From positions 470,266-534,265 of the forward strand of contig CAVQWH010000001.1 in NCBI GenBank assembly GCA_963717595.1: a stretch of 64,000 bases of DNA, read 5' to 3'. The translations under genes and the position numbers were made by a program. This stretch comes from an uncultured Candidatus Saccharibacteria bacterium (GTDB lineage Bacteria; Patescibacteriota; Saccharimonadia; Saccharimonadales; Saccharimonadaceae). The notes beneath the pieces are model-generated. The model was given only the letters and a program-made list of their open reading frames with translations. It was not told the origin of the DNA and made no database searches. Below are positions 9,094 through 19,602 of this stretch, in pieces (position 1 is the stretch's first letter; the number at the start of each line of letters is the position of its first letter).

Positions 9094-9711
9094 GTGCTTT
9101 TTTATTTGACACAAACATGGCGAACTTCTCATAATAGAAGCAGTGTGAAAAGACATTACCAAATTAAGTTAACAGCTGCTTTGATGCTGCTAGTTGCACT
9201 GGTCGCATCTCCTTTTGCTATGGCGGCTAATAACTCAAGTAATTTAAGCAGTAAGCAAATAGAAAGTATTCGCCAAAATTGCGTGCAAGCCCAAGTTTCT
9301 TTGCAACAAATTCAATATAGCGATGCAGCTGGCAGGGTGAATAGAGGCCAGGCTTACGAAACTTTACTTAATAAGCTGATGGCTCCATTCAATAGTAGAG
9401 TTGCTTTGAATAGGTTAGATATAGCTACAGATCTTACTTCTAGTACAACTGACTTAGAAAACGCCGTTAATGTTTTTAAAAGCGACTACAACACCTATAG
9501 CGACGCCTTGGCTAATACCTTAACCGTTAAATGTCAGAGCAACCCCCAAGACTTTTATTCTGCACTTCAAGAAGCCCGCATAGATAGACAGCAGGTTCAT
9601 AAAGACATACAGATTATTGATGGATTAATGGAGCAGTACGACCAACAGATAGTTGGCTTATCTAAATCTCTAGCCAATGACACAGCTTCTTCTGGAGATA
9701 AAACATTATGA
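9094..9711 (+). CDS. hypothetical secreted protein
   Basis: Signal-peptide-like LTAALMLLVALVASPFAMA. The true start is probably internal. It overlaps the next ORF by 4 nt (ATGA). Confidence 0.45.
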   Translation: MLFYLTQTWRTSHNRSSVKRHYQIKLTAALMLLVALVASPFAMAANNSSNLSSKQIESIRQNCVQAQVSLQQIQYSDAAGRVNRGQAYETLLNKLMAPFNSRVALNRLDIATDLTSSTTDLENAVNVFKSDYNTYSDALANTLTVKCQSNPQDFYSALQEARIDRQQVHKDIQIIDGLMEQYDQQIVGLSKSLANDTASSGDKTL

Positions 9712-10064
9712 ATCGCCCCAAGTTACCAACAAACAACCTTAGCTCGCGTCATCAGCTGACAATTGCTCTTAGCTTAGCGATTTTGATTGCCCTGTTACTA
9801 ACAGTTACAAGCGTGATTATTTACGAAGTTAGCGGAGCTGCTATGTTGGATTTAAGCCGTCCAGGTTACGAACCAGCTCGTAAGCAGCTTCAAAAAACGA
9901 ATGGCCAGCTGCAATTTAGCTCAAAGGGACCGATTGACCAGTCTGTAGTTAAAAAATTTCGTTCGCTTTATAAAAAACAGACAGATGATATTCATAAACT
10001 AAATTCTTTTAACGGCAAAGTTTTGGACGATTCGCAACTTTTAAGCACCCAATCTCCAGAATAG
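9708..10064 (+). CDS. hypothetical single-pass membrane protein
   Basis: One TM helix (LTIALSLAILIALLLTVTSVIIY). Translationally coupled to the upstream ORF. Confidence 0.45.
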   Translation: MNRPKLPTNNLSSRHQLTIALSLAILIALLLTVTSVIIYEVSGAAMLDLSRPGYEPARKQLQKTNGQLQFSSKGPIDQSVVKKFRSLYKKQTDDIHKLNSFNGKVLDDSQLLSTQSPE

Positions 10065-10085
10065 CTAAAGTCTAAGGAAGGCGGA

Positions 10086-10757
10086 ATGGCTGTACTAAAT
10101 CCTGAAAGCTTTGTTATTACTCGTAAACGTAAAAAGTACAAATTTGCCTTATTCGCTAACTCGCCACTTTGTTTTGAAGTGGGCGAGTACGACAAAAGCT
10201 TTTCTCCAAACATATTAGAAGTCGGGGCGGGTACGGGAATTTTTAGTTTTAAGTCGGCTAGTCTATACAACAAAAAGAAATTTCTAGCCTGTGACGTAAA
10301 AGCTGATAGATTGCAAAAAGGATCTCAGATGGCCGAGCTTAAGAATCTAAACAATATAAGATTTTTAAGAGCGCACGCTAATCAGCTTGAAGATGTTTTA
10401 TCTACGGGCAAGCTAGAGAAAATTTGGCTGACTTTTCCCGACCCTTTTCCTAAAAAGCGCCAATCCAAACACCGGCTTACTCACCCTAACTTTCTAGCTT
10501 TATATTACAAATTACTTACAGAAAGTGGGAAATTGTATTTAAAAACAGATAATCACGAGTTATTTGATTGGAGTTTAGAGCAGATAGTGAGCCCGGGTTG
10601 GATAATAGAGGAGCTAACCTATGATTTGCATGGATCTAAGTTAAAAGATGATTACAAGCTAACTACCACTTACGAAGAAAAGTTTTTAAGTCAAAATGAG
10701 ACTATTTGCTTTGTGAGCGCTCGGCCCCCAAGTGCTGTCGCAGCCAGCCGTCAATAG
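10086..10757 (+). CDS. trmB: tRNA (guanine-N7)-methyltransferase
   Basis: LEVGAGTG SAM motif and FPDPFPKKRQSKHRL signature. Confidence 0.85.
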   Translation: MAVLNPESFVITRKRKKYKFALFANSPLCFEVGEYDKSFSPNILEVGAGTGIFSFKSASLYNKKKFLACDVKADRLQKGSQMAELKNLNNIRFLRAHANQLEDVLSTGKLEKIWLTFPDPFPKKRQSKHRLTHPNFLALYYKLLTESGKLYLKTDNHELFDWSLEQIVSPGWIIEELTYDLHGSKLKDDYKLTTTYEEKFLSQNETICFVSARPPSAVAASRQ

Positions 10758-11985
10758 AACCGGCGCCCATTGCTAAAACAAGCGTGCCGCTTTTAAGCTC
10801 GGCTTTAATATGTTGCCACAGTTCATCGTCTAATTCAGAAATCGTTACAGCTTCTCTGTTGGCTAGGTTTTTAGCCAATTCTTCGGGAGTTAAGGTAGGT
10901 AAATTAGGGTCTTCGCGGCTTAGGTAAGTGGGTAGCCAGTAAATCATTTCTGCATCTTGCATGCAGTTAGTGTATTGGTCTTGAATCTCGTGTTGGCGGA
11001 TATTTTGGTGGGGCTGGTAAACAAGTGCTATGTGGTCACTCAATTCACGAGCCATTTGCAGGGTGGCTTTGATTTCAGCCGGGTGATGGCCATAATCGCT
11101 ATATAAATTTTTAGCTAATCTTTCAAACCGCCTGGCGGAGCCTGGAAACTCTTCTAAAATATCGAAAATTCTATGACCATCTACGCTACCTTTGGTCATG
11201 GCAGACACTATTGAAGCTACCAAAAAAGCATTACGGCGATTGTGCTCGCCGGCAATTTTTAGGTTTGATAGATTCTCGTTATCATTAACACCAACAATAT
11301 CGCCGCTAGCTTTTAGTTTGAGCTTTTCTAGCACTGAGTGCCATGTAACTGTAAGACGAGTCTGGTTAATAAAGTCACGAAAAGCCTGGTTATAACTTTC
11401 TTGAGTTTTGTAAGTATCTGGATGATCATAATCAAGGCTTGGAATAATAGAAGTGTCTGGGTGAAAATGGAGCATATTGCGATCATATTCATCGCACTCG
11501 TAAATAAAATATTCACTCGCCGGGTCGTAAGCACCACTAGGGCCAAAGCTTAGTGTAGTCCCCACAGAATAACTTGCCGGTACGCCTAGTTTCTTAAATA
11601 GCCAAATTAGCATAGCGGTAGTGGTAGTTTTGCCGTGAGTGCCAGATATGGCAATTAATTTTAAGTTTTTATCTTTTATAATTTTAGCCAATAACTCATC
11701 GCGTTTAGTTGTGCGGATTTTGTGTTGCCTAGCAAATTGTAACTCTGGATGGTCAGACGGCAAAGCAGCTGTGTGAACTAGCCAATCTATAGGCTGGTTA
11801 GCGTGAATTTGGTCGATATAATTATCCTTTTGGCCAATATGAATTTTAGCGCCTTTCGCCTCCAGCTGCTCAACCATGGGGGACTTAGCTAAATCAGATC
11901 CCGAGACCTTATAACCAGCGTCCAGGGCAATCTCAGCTAGCGGTCCTAAACCTACGCCGCCTATACCAGAAAAATAAATATGCAT
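10702..11985 (-). CDS. murC: UDP-N-acetylmuramate--L-alanine ligase (Mur ligase family; Mpl not excluded)
   Basis: N-terminus HIYFSGIGGVGLGPLAEIALDAGYKVSGSD and P-loop GTHGKTTTTAM. Confidence 0.8.
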   Translation of the reverse strand: MHIYFSGIGGVGLGPLAEIALDAGYKVSGSDLAKSPMVEQLEAKGAKIHIGQKDNYIDQIHANQPIDWLVHTAALPSDHPELQFARQHKIRTTKRDELLAKIIKDKNLKLIAISGTHGKTTTTAMLIWLFKKLGVPASYSVGTTLSFGPSGAYDPASEYFIYECDEYDRNMLHFHPDTSIIPSLDYDHPDTYKTQESYNQAFRDFINQTRLTVTWHSVLEKLKLKASGDIVGVNDNENLSNLKIAGEHNRRNAFLVASIVSAMTKGSVDGHRIFDILEEFPGSARRFERLAKNLYSDYGHHPAEIKATLQMARELSDHIALVYQPHQNIRQHEIQDQYTNCMQDAEMIYWLPTYLSREDPNLPTLTPEELAKNLANREAVTISELDDELWQHIKAELKSGTLVLAMGAGSIDGWLRQHLGAERSQSK

Positions 11986-12064
11986 ACAAATATTGTATCA
12001 GCTTGTCATTATGGGTTTTTATTGCTGTAATGTATAAGAACAGTTTTAAACATAAACATCTACA

Positions 12065-13318
12065 ATGATTCAATCTTTAATACACCGCTTCTTAAGAAGA
12101 ACGCACTTCTGGCGCCATATAGGATTTGCTGAGCTAACCGAACTTTATACGTCGCGTATGCTAAGGATTTTGGCAATGAAAATGATTAGCGGCTTTATTG
12201 CGATTTATTTATACCAGCTTGGATATGATCTGGCGTTTATTGCTTGGTTTTATGTGGTTTATTTTCTGTTTAGAACTTTCGCATCAATTCCCTCGGCATA
12301 TTTTATTGCGCGGGTAGGCCCTAAACACGCTACATTTGTGAGCAATATACTATATATACCTGGAGTAGTAGCTTTAGTACTTACACCTTACTTGGGCTTA
12401 TGGGCGCTAGTGGCTTTTACGGTTTTTAGTGGATTTTCTCTTACGATGTATAACCTAAGTTACTTAGTTGATTTTTCTAAAGTTAAACAGTTCGAGCACG
12501 CCGGTAAGGAAATCGGGGTTATGAATATCGTAGAAAGCATAACCACTGCGCTGAGCCCACTGATAGGTGGTTTGATCGCTTTATGGCTTGGAACCGATGC
12601 TATGATTGTCGCTTCAAGTTTGCTGCTAGCAGTTGCTGCTTGGCCTCTCTTTATAACTGGCGAACCGATGAGAATAAAGCAAAAACTTACTTATAGTCAC
12701 TTTAACCTGAAGGAAACTTGGCGTAACTTCATGGCCGCTATAGCTTACGGGGCAGATACGACTACTACAGGACTTATATGGTACTTATTTATAGCTATAG
12801 CAATTTTAGGAGCGGTTGGCAGTCAAACTGTGTATGTACAGGTTGGTGCACTGGTTTCAGTTTCCGTGATAGCTTCAATAATAATTTCCTACGTGTATGG
12901 AAAAGTCATTGATGGCAACAAAGGCGGTTCACTTCTTAAAATATCCGCAGTAGGCACGGCACTATTGCATATTCTAAGACCTTTTATTACTACTGCCGGA
13001 GGGGCTGCTTCTCTTAATGTAGCTGATCAGGCCACCACTTTGGGCTACACCATGCCCTTGCTTAGAGGTTTTTTCGATTCAGCCGATAACTTACCAGGAT
13101 GTCGCATAGCCTATATGTCTTTGACTCAACTTTTTATCGGTATTGGCCATACGGTTTCTGTGCTTGTATTAGCTGTAGCTGTGACATGTGTCGGCCCGGT
13201 GAATGGTATGAAAGTAAGTTTCTTTATAATGGCACCTATAATGCTGCTGCTTGCGGCTAACGGTTTTGCACTTTATCGTAAGCATAAGTTTTTAGCTCGA
13301 GTAGTGCATGCTGTTTAG
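12065..13318 (+). CDS. MFS-like polytopic membrane transporter
   Basis: 417 aa with about 12 predicted TM segments. It is a paralog of 24317..25478. Confidence 0.6.
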   Translation: MIQSLIHRFLRRTHFWRHIGFAELTELYTSRMLRILAMKMISGFIAIYLYQLGYDLAFIAWFYVVYFLFRTFASIPSAYFIARVGPKHATFVSNILYIPGVVALVLTPYLGLWALVAFTVFSGFSLTMYNLSYLVDFSKVKQFEHAGKEIGVMNIVESITTALSPLIGGLIALWLGTDAMIVASSLLLAVAAWPLFITGEPMRIKQKLTYSHFNLKETWRNFMAAIAYGADTTTTGLIWYLFIAIAILGAVGSQTVYVQVGALVSVSVIASIIISYVYGKVIDGNKGGSLLKISAVGTALLHILRPFITTAGGAASLNVADQATTLGYTMPLLRGFFDSADNLPGCRIAYMSLTQLFIGIGHTVSVLVLAVAVTCVGPVNGMKVSFFIMAPIMLLLAANGFALYRKHKFLARVVHAV

Positions 13319-13340
13319 AAATAGCCTATAATTATCTCAT

Positions 13341-14006
13341 ATGAATGAGCGGTGGGAAGAAAATGCGCCAAGTAGCAAACTTCGCTTAAGATATTGGTTA
13401 AGATCCCTCAAAAGGGTAAAAACTTGGCAATTATGCCTGCTGCTGATTCCCCTGCTGTTTGTAGCAGCTACTTTTTTAAGACTTAATAACTTGGGCATGA
13501 TAGAGCGCCGGGACGTAGTTTTAGCGGCCGACAAAAAAGGCGATAAGGCTAAACTAAAGTCATCGTTATTAGAGCTACAGCACTATGTGAGTCATCATAT
13601 GAACACTTCGCTAGGTAAGAACGGCATTGGCCTTCAGGCTACGTATAATCGAGATTATAAGACTGCTATTTCTAAAGCAGCCCAAAGTAACGTACCAAGC
13701 GGTAACATATATGAAAATGCTAGCAATACTTGTCAGGCCCAATCGGGCGGTAATTTTAACAATTATGTGCAGTGTGTAAGCAGCAAGGTAGCTTCTGCGG
13801 GGCAAGGCAGTGACGCTCTAAAAACCGTATATCTACCCCAACCCAGTGCTTATCAATATAATTTTGTCTCACCAATTATTTCGTTAGATTTAGCAGGTTT
13901 TTTTGTTGTTATATGCTTGATTTTAACAGGGGTAATTTTGAGTAGATTGTTACTAGTTTTATTTCTCAAGTTAGTAATTAGATGGCAAAAATATCAGTTG
14001 AAATAG
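13341..14006 (+). CDS. hypothetical membrane-anchored protein
   Basis: N- and C-terminal TM helices flank a polar domain. Confidence 0.4.
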   Translation: MNERWEENAPSSKLRLRYWLRSLKRVKTWQLCLLLIPLLFVAATFLRLNNLGMIERRDVVLAADKKGDKAKLKSSLLELQHYVSHHMNTSLGKNGIGLQATYNRDYKTAISKAAQSNVPSGNIYENASNTCQAQSGGNFNNYVQCVSSKVASAGQGSDALKTVYLPQPSAYQYNFVSPIISLDLAGFFVVICLILTGVILSRLLLVLFLKLVIRWQKYQLK

Positions 14007-14076
14007 TTGACATCTGTTTTTACTCGGCGTATGGTTGATTTTGTAAGTAAGTGTTAAAGAGGAGGAGAAAAAAATT

Positions 14077-14286
14077 ATGGCAGCTTACGATCACACAAAC
14101 TCTAAGGGAGTAACTTACTACCTGCACAAAAAAGATGTCACCCTACGTGGCGGCAAACAACAAACAATTTATTTCTTTGCAAAGGTGCCAAAGAATGATA
14201 AAGGTGAACCATGTGATTTACCTGCAGGTTACGAAGTAACTGAAAACCCACGAAACGGCTTTTTGACTATTCGCAAAAAGCGCTAA
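14077..14286 (+). CDS. small conserved-looking hypothetical protein (69 aa)
   Basis: Strong RBS (aagaggaggag) 8 nt upstream of the ATG. A terminator-like hairpin follows. Confidence 0.5.
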   Translation: MAAYDHTNSKGVTYYLHKKDVTLRGGKQQTIYFFAKVPKNDKGEPCDLPAGYEVTENPRNGFLTIRKKR

Positions 14287-14419
14287 TTTGTAGAAACTGC
14301 CTTAAAAGTGGTACGCTAGTATCAAACAAAAAGGTGTCAAAAATGTCCGGTCATAGATTTATCTTGGCCGGGCTTTTTGGTTGTTAAAACTTTTTATTTC
14401 TGTGTATAGTAGATAGATA

Positions 14420-15178
14420 ATGAAAGCGATGATAGAGGTTAAAGACCTTAAGAAGAGATATGGTCAAAATCAGGCTGTTGATGGCGTGAGTTTTCAGGTT
14501 AAAAAAGGTGAGATATTTGGCATTCTAGGACCGAATGGTGCCGGCAAGACTACTACGCTGGAGATGATGGAGGCTCTGCGTACAATTGATAGCGGCCAGG
14601 TCTTTATAGATGGTATTGATGTAGCTAAAGATCCGCATAGGATTAAGTACCTTATAGGTGTACAGCCGCAGTCACCTGCTTTTCAAGATAAAACTAAGTT
14701 AACAGAAGTTGTAGAAATGTTTGCGGCAGCCTATGGAGAAAAAGTTGATCCTATAAAGTTCTTAAAAGATGTTGAGCTAGAAGAAAAGGCTAGCAGCTAT
14801 GTGGAAAGCTTGTCAGGTGGCCAAAAGCAGCGACTCAGCATTACTACAGCTTTAGTTCATGGTCCGAAAGTATTCTTCTTGGACGAGCCTACAACTGGTC
14901 TAAACCCGCAAGCTAGGAGAAATTTGTGGGAACTTATAGAACATGTACGCGATAAAGGTATTAGCGTTATAATGACGACTCACTATATGGATGAAGCCGA
15001 AGTGTTATGTGATCGCATTGCTGTTATGGATGAAGGTAAAATTGTAGCTCTCGATACTCCAAAGAAGCTTATTAAAGAGTTGTTAAAACGTGGTTTTAAA
15101 AAGAAGCAACATGTTGAGCAGGCTAACCTCGAAGATGTGTTCATTGACTTAACCGGACATGGACTTAGGGAGATTTAG
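14420..15178 (+). CDS. ABC transporter ATP-binding protein (ABC-2 type exporter)
   Basis: Walker A GPNGAGKTT, signature LSGGQKQR, Walker B FFLDEP. Confidence 0.9.
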   Translation: MKAMIEVKDLKKRYGQNQAVDGVSFQVKKGEIFGILGPNGAGKTTTLEMMEALRTIDSGQVFIDGIDVAKDPHRIKYLIGVQPQSPAFQDKTKLTEVVEMFAAAYGEKVDPIKFLKDVELEEKASSYVESLSGGQKQRLSITTALVHGPKVFFLDEPTTGLNPQARRNLWELIEHVRDKGISVIMTTHYMDEAEVLCDRIAVMDEGKIVALDTPKKLIKELLKRGFKKKQHVEQANLEDVFIDLTGHGLREI

Positions 15179-15180
15179 TA

Positions 15181-16297
15181 ATGAAAAAATCTTTATTCAC
15201 AGTTGGAGTTTTTGTAAAAGTTAACACCAAACGCTTCTTCAGGGATCGTTTAGCTTTGTTTTTCAGTATTGGCTTTCCGCTAATATTCCTGTTTGTTTTT
15301 GGCGGACTCTACGGCGGCAATAGTAATAATGATGTGTCGTTTAGGGTAGCTTTAATTAACCACTCCAAAACTCAGTTTGCGGAAAAATTTGTTAAACAGG
15401 CTAAAGAGGGTAAAGTACTTAAAGTTGATAAAGACTCTAAATCCCTAAGTGCTGCTAAAGACAAGATGGCTCGTGCACAGCTTGATGCGGCAATAGTTTT
15501 GCCTTCGACTTTTGGCCAGGTAACTCCATCAAGCAAATATCCAACAGGGCAAGCAGAGGTTTATTATACTGAAAACAACCAACAATCTGCCCAAGCTCTG
15601 GATTCGATTTTAGAAGCCCAGTTTAAAGGCATAAACTCCAAGCTCGTTAAAACTGAAACACCCTTTACCGTTGTTTCAAAGCAGCTTAATCAACGTAGCT
15701 TGTCTCAGTTTGATTACGTGTTTGCCGGTTTACTAGGGTTTGCCATTATTGGTATGGGGATTTTTGGAACCGGTGAATGTGTTCCCAGAGCTCAAAAAAA
15801 TGGGGATTTTACGCCGCCTTAGCACTACTCCGCTTAGAGTTTGGCAATACTTCTTAGCAACTATGGTCGGACAGGCTCTGATCGGCTTATTAAGTTTGGC
15901 CATTATGTTCATAGTTGCAATGCTAGTTTTCCACCTAAAAGTAGTGGGCAACTACTTTGAGTTGATAATCTTCCTAATTTTTGGAATAGTTACCATACTA
16001 GGTATAGGCTTAGCTTTAGGCGGATGGGCCAAAAACGAACGCCAGGTAGCGCCTCTAGCAAACATAATTGTTTTTCCTATGATGTTTCTTTCAGGCACCT
16101 TCTTCCCCCGCTTTTTAATGCCGGAGTGGCTACAAAACGTTTCAAACTTTTTGCCGCTTACACCAATTATTGATGGTATTCGCTTGATAGCCACGGAAGG
16201 TAAGCACTTAATAGATATATTGCCTCAACTTGGCCTTATGGCGGTGTGGATGGTCGTGATTTACGTAATCGCGTTTAAGGTTTTTCGCTGGGAATAA
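15181..16297 (+). CDS. ABC-2 type transporter permease, split by a +1 frameshift
   Basis: ORFs 15181..15822 and 15740..16297 are the two halves of one permease. The frames rejoin if the T5 run at 15761-15765 is read as T4 (GMGILEPVNVFPELKKMGILRRL). Confidence 0.8.
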
Positions 16298-16303
16298 TTC
16301 AAA

Positions 16304-17902
16304 TTACAGCTGCTCGGCAACTCTTTTATCAAAGTTGTGGCGTAAGGCCATAAAAACTCCGTTAGTCCAGCCGAAGCCGTCTTGCAGTTTATACTCCCCA
16401 CCACCACCTTTTATGCCAGGGGTTACTACATTATATTTTTCAACAAATTTATGTTCACGTTGGTACACAGCTAGGTTACAAGCTAGCCAGCGGCGCTTGA
16501 TTTCATCTGCTAAGTCGTTATATCCGTAGCGTCTAAGCCCTACTATAGTTACCCAGTGAAGTGGTGCCCAGCCGTTGGGAGAATCCCATTGCTGGCCGGT
16601 ATCATATGGCGTAGTGACTAAACCGCCTGGTTTTAAAAACTCAGCTTCTAGTTTGCTTACAAGTTTTTTTGCTTGATGCCGTGACGCTATTCCGCTAAAT
16701 AGGGCAAAATATGCAGCTAAGCTATCCACTCCAGTCTGGCTTTGGCTAGGAGCGTGGTAATCATAATAAAAACCATCAATTTCGTTCCACAAATATGTAT
16801 CTATAGCATGCTTTCGCTGGGTTGCTTTTTTGCGGTAAGTTTTAACTAATGTAGGCTGAAAAAGTTTTTTATAGCAATCGGCAATCAACATTTCCATTTC
16901 GTAAAGTAGGCAATTTAAGTCAATTGGTACGATCTCAGTTGTTCTTATTGTCTCTAAATGTTTTTTATCTTGAAACCAGCGGCTAGAGTAATCCCACCCG
17001 GATTCAGCACCAGCTCTCAGGTGTCGATAAGTTAAGTTAGCAAGATTATTATGCGCATAATGAGCGGTTTCCTTATCTTCACTGTAAGATTCTGGCCGTG
17101 GTGAGGCTTTCTTGTCGCTGTAGCAGCTAAGATGCGAGCCATCAAGTAAAGTAATAACCCTTTGGTACTTAGTCTTGCCGAGTCCCCATAAATGTCGTTG
17201 ATTCTTTGTCCAGAAGTTATACTCACGTAGTAGATAAGGCAGATGGCGCATAACATAGGCTTTGCCTTGTCGGGCACCTACTAGCCTCACCATGTGCATA
17301 TAAAACGGGGGGTGAGAGCGGGTTGCAAGATAAGTACGGTTCCCGTTAGGTATGAACCCAAATTTGCGGATCATATAATCAAAGTTATACATAATTCCGT
17401 CGCTAAGTTCATAACGTCCGGAAGCCTCAAGTCCGAGCATAATGAAATAACTGTCCCAGTAAAACTGTTCTTGAAAGCGTCCGCCTGGCACTACGTATGG
17501 GTAAGGCAAGGGGAGTAGCGATCCATCGGTGCGAAGGTTTTTCCTGGTGAGAACGTCCCACAAATGATTAATGTGATGCTCGGGGTTGTCGGCATATTCT
17601 ATTGTGTCCGTAGATCTGGTCATGTAAGGGCGGAAATATTGTTCGACAAAAGCAGCTAGGTCAAAGTTAGGTTGATTTCGGGCGGCCCTATATGCTTTTA
17701 CTATTACAGCTAGTCGGTTTTTAGGAATTAGATCGACAAATGTTTTGCCGTCGTCATGTACCCGGTTTAGTTGAACCGTGCTGAAAAGCTCACCCATAGC
17801 TTCATCTGGTGATTTTGCCACAGGGGTAAAAGTCATCCGCGTAGTGTCAGCGGTGGTTTTTAAACGGGAAATGGTTTTTTTGACAGGATTTTTTCTAGCC
17901 AT
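16304..17902 (-). CDS. trehalase (glycoside hydrolase family 37)
   Basis: GH37 signatures PGGRFQEQFYWDSYF and QQWDSPNGWAPLHW. Confidence 0.9.
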   Translation of the reverse strand: MARKNPVKKTISRLKTTADTTRMTFTPVAKSPDEAMGELFSTVQLNRVHDDGKTFVDLIPKNRLAVIVKAYRAARNQPNFDLAAFVEQYFRPYMTRSTDTIEYADNPEHHINHLWDVLTRKNLRTDGSLLPLPYPYVVPGGRFQEQFYWDSYFIMLGLEASGRYELSDGIMYNFDYMIRKFGFIPNGNRTYLATRSHPPFYMHMVRLVGARQGKAYVMRHLPYLLREYNFWTKNQRHLWGLGKTKYQRVITLLDGSHLSCYSDKKASPRPESYSEDKETAHYAHNNLANLTYRHLRAGAESGWDYSSRWFQDKKHLETIRTTEIVPIDLNCLLYEMEMLIADCYKKLFQPTLVKTYRKKATQRKHAIDTYLWNEIDGFYYDYHAPSQSQTGVDSLAAYFALFSGIASRHQAKKLVSKLEAEFLKPGGLVTTPYDTGQQWDSPNGWAPLHWVTIVGLRRYGYNDLADEIKRRWLACNLAVYQREHKFVEKYNVVTPGIKGGGGEYKLQDGFGWTNGVFMALRHNFDKRVAEQL

Positions 17903-17956
17903 ATTTCTATCTATAGGCTCTTAGGCTCGGCCTGTAAAGATTATTTTTTGATTTTT

Positions 17957-18520
17957 CTATAAACACTCAGAAAGCGAAAAAGGCACACTTATGTAATTGT
18001 ATACATATGAAGCTGCGCTGCCTGTAAAATAACCTAAGAAATCCGCCCTACAATGATTACTTAAACTTACACCCTCTCTTTCATCGATTATATAAGGATT
18101 GCCTCTTGCATCGCCTTTTTTTAAGTCACTTAGGTCGGTTTTAGCAGCCGTGCCTATATCATCTAATGCAGTGTAATAATCCTGCCAGCAGTTGGTAGAA
18201 GTAGCCAGTTGGCTTGGTTCTACTTGTGGTGAGGGGTTATCGTTAAAAGCGCAAGCAAGCCAGCTGGTTACCCCATTTCCACCTGTAATATCATGTAAAG
18301 TTTGGCTCGTATTCGCTCTAGCTAGCTCTATAGCATCCTCCAGGCTTTTAAGGTCTGAGTCTCTTTTAGTATCAGCCGCGTTTTGTCTAACTCCTCCGTA
18401 GGAAGTAACTACAATTGTGGCTAAAATGGCAATTACAATAATGACTACTAGTAACTCTACAACTGTAAACCCTTTTTCTCTAAGGTTTTTGTTTTTCAGT
18501 GATTTTATTGCACTTTGCAT
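17957..18520 (-). CDS. type IV pilin-like protein (prepilin-type N-terminal cleavage/methylation domain)
   Basis: KGFTVVELLVVIIVIAILATIV at the N-terminus. Confidence 0.8.
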   Translation of the reverse strand: MQSAIKSLKNKNLREKGFTVVELLVVIIVIAILATIVVTSYGGVRQNAADTKRDSDLKSLEDAIELARANTSQTLHDITGGNGVTSWLACAFNDNPSPQVEPSQLATSTNCWQDYYTALDDIGTAAKTDLSDLKKGDARGNPYIIDEREGVSLSNHCRADFLGYFTGSAASYVYNYISVPFSLSECL

Positions 18521-18595
18521 TAAATTTATTCCGCTTATGCATTGATGTTATTAGCATACAACAATCCATCTTTTAAGCGCAAACGGAAGATCGAG

Positions 18596-19432
18596 TTACT
18601 TAGCAGAAATAATGTCAGTAACGAGCAAAATGAGCAGCAATATGCCTATTGATATTCGGTATATTATAAAAACTAAATATGTGTGGCTTGCGATAAACTT
18701 CAGCAACCAACCGATAGTGAAGTAAGCCACTATGAAACTAATTACAGTTGCTAAAATCGTAGGCCCCCAGCCAACTCCAGAAGAGATATCGCTAAAGCGG
18801 CTTACTGTCTCTAAGGCAGCTGCTGCTATGAGGGCGGGGATAGCTAAAAAGAAAGACAGTCTAGTTACTGCTACACGGTCTAAGCCCTTTATGAGGCCGG
18901 CTGACATAGTAGCACCGGAGCGTGATACGCCTGGGACTAAAGCTAAGCACTGGAATATGCCGATAAATAAAGTATCTTTCCATGTCACGTCTTTTTCGTG
19001 ACGATTTTGACGGGCTTTCTTGTCGGCTATCCACATCACGCCGCTCCACAAAATAAGCGCAAAAGCGACAAACCATAAGCTACGTAAAGTGGTTTCTATC
19101 TGATCTTTAAAAAGAAAGCCCACAATTCCAATAGGTACTGAACCAAGAATGATTGCCCAGCCAAAATAATAATCGGCAACTTTGCGTTTTTTAGCGTTAA
19201 ATAGACCGTTTACCCAAGCCATAAAAACCCTAGCTATATCTTTTCTAAAAAATACCAAGGTTGCAATTATGGCACCGGTTTGAATAATAGCAGTAAAAGC
19301 TGTTATGCCAGGATTGCTAATAGAATAGCCTAGCAGTTTTTCAGCTATAGTTAAGTGGCCGGTACTAGAGACTGGTAAAAACTCTGTTAAACCTTCTATA
19401 ACGCCAAGTAAAATGGCCGCCCAAATTGTCAT
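18596..19432 (-). CDS. uppP: undecaprenyl-diphosphate phosphatase
   Basis: LTEFLPVSSTGHL and PGVSRSGATM motifs; polytopic. Confidence 0.9.
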   Translation of the reverse strand: MTIWAAILLGVIEGLTEFLPVSSTGHLTIAEKLLGYSISNPGITAFTAIIQTGAIIATLVFFRKDIARVFMAWVNGLFNAKKRKVADYYFGWAIILGSVPIGIVGFLFKDQIETTLRSLWFVAFALILWSGVMWIADKKARQNRHEKDVTWKDTLFIGIFQCLALVPGVSRSGATMSAGLIKGLDRVAVTRLSFFLAIPALIAAAALETVSRFSDISSGVGWGPTILATVISFIVAYFTIGWLLKFIASHTYLVFIIYRISIGILLLILLVTDIISAK

Positions 19433-19454
19433 AGCTATTTTCTCCTAAACTTTT

Positions 19455-19530
19455 TGGTGGGGGTGGTTGGAATCGAACCAACTACCAAGCGGTTATGAGC
19501 CGCCTGCTCTAACCGATGAGCTACACCCCC
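19455..19530 (-). tRNA. tRNA with CAU anticodon; possibly tRNA-Ile2 (lysidine), otherwise elongator Met
   Basis: 76-nt cloverleaf with encoded CCA. Anticodon arm ggcgg-CTCATAA-ccgct resembles the E. coli ileX arm. Identity cannot be fixed by eye. Confidence 0.8.
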
Positions 19531-19602
19531 ATGCTCCGGTATTATAACAGATACCATAGCTAGCCTAATAGTCTATTTTTCGATATAATAAATATAAGCA
19601 GT

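Noticed and set aside
10702-10757. The 56-nt convergent overlap of the trmB and murC 3' ends as a regulatory antisense arrangement
   Set aside because: It is more likely a slightly over-extended trmB C-terminus (the tail ARPPSAVAASRQ looks non-conserved). There is no supporting structure.
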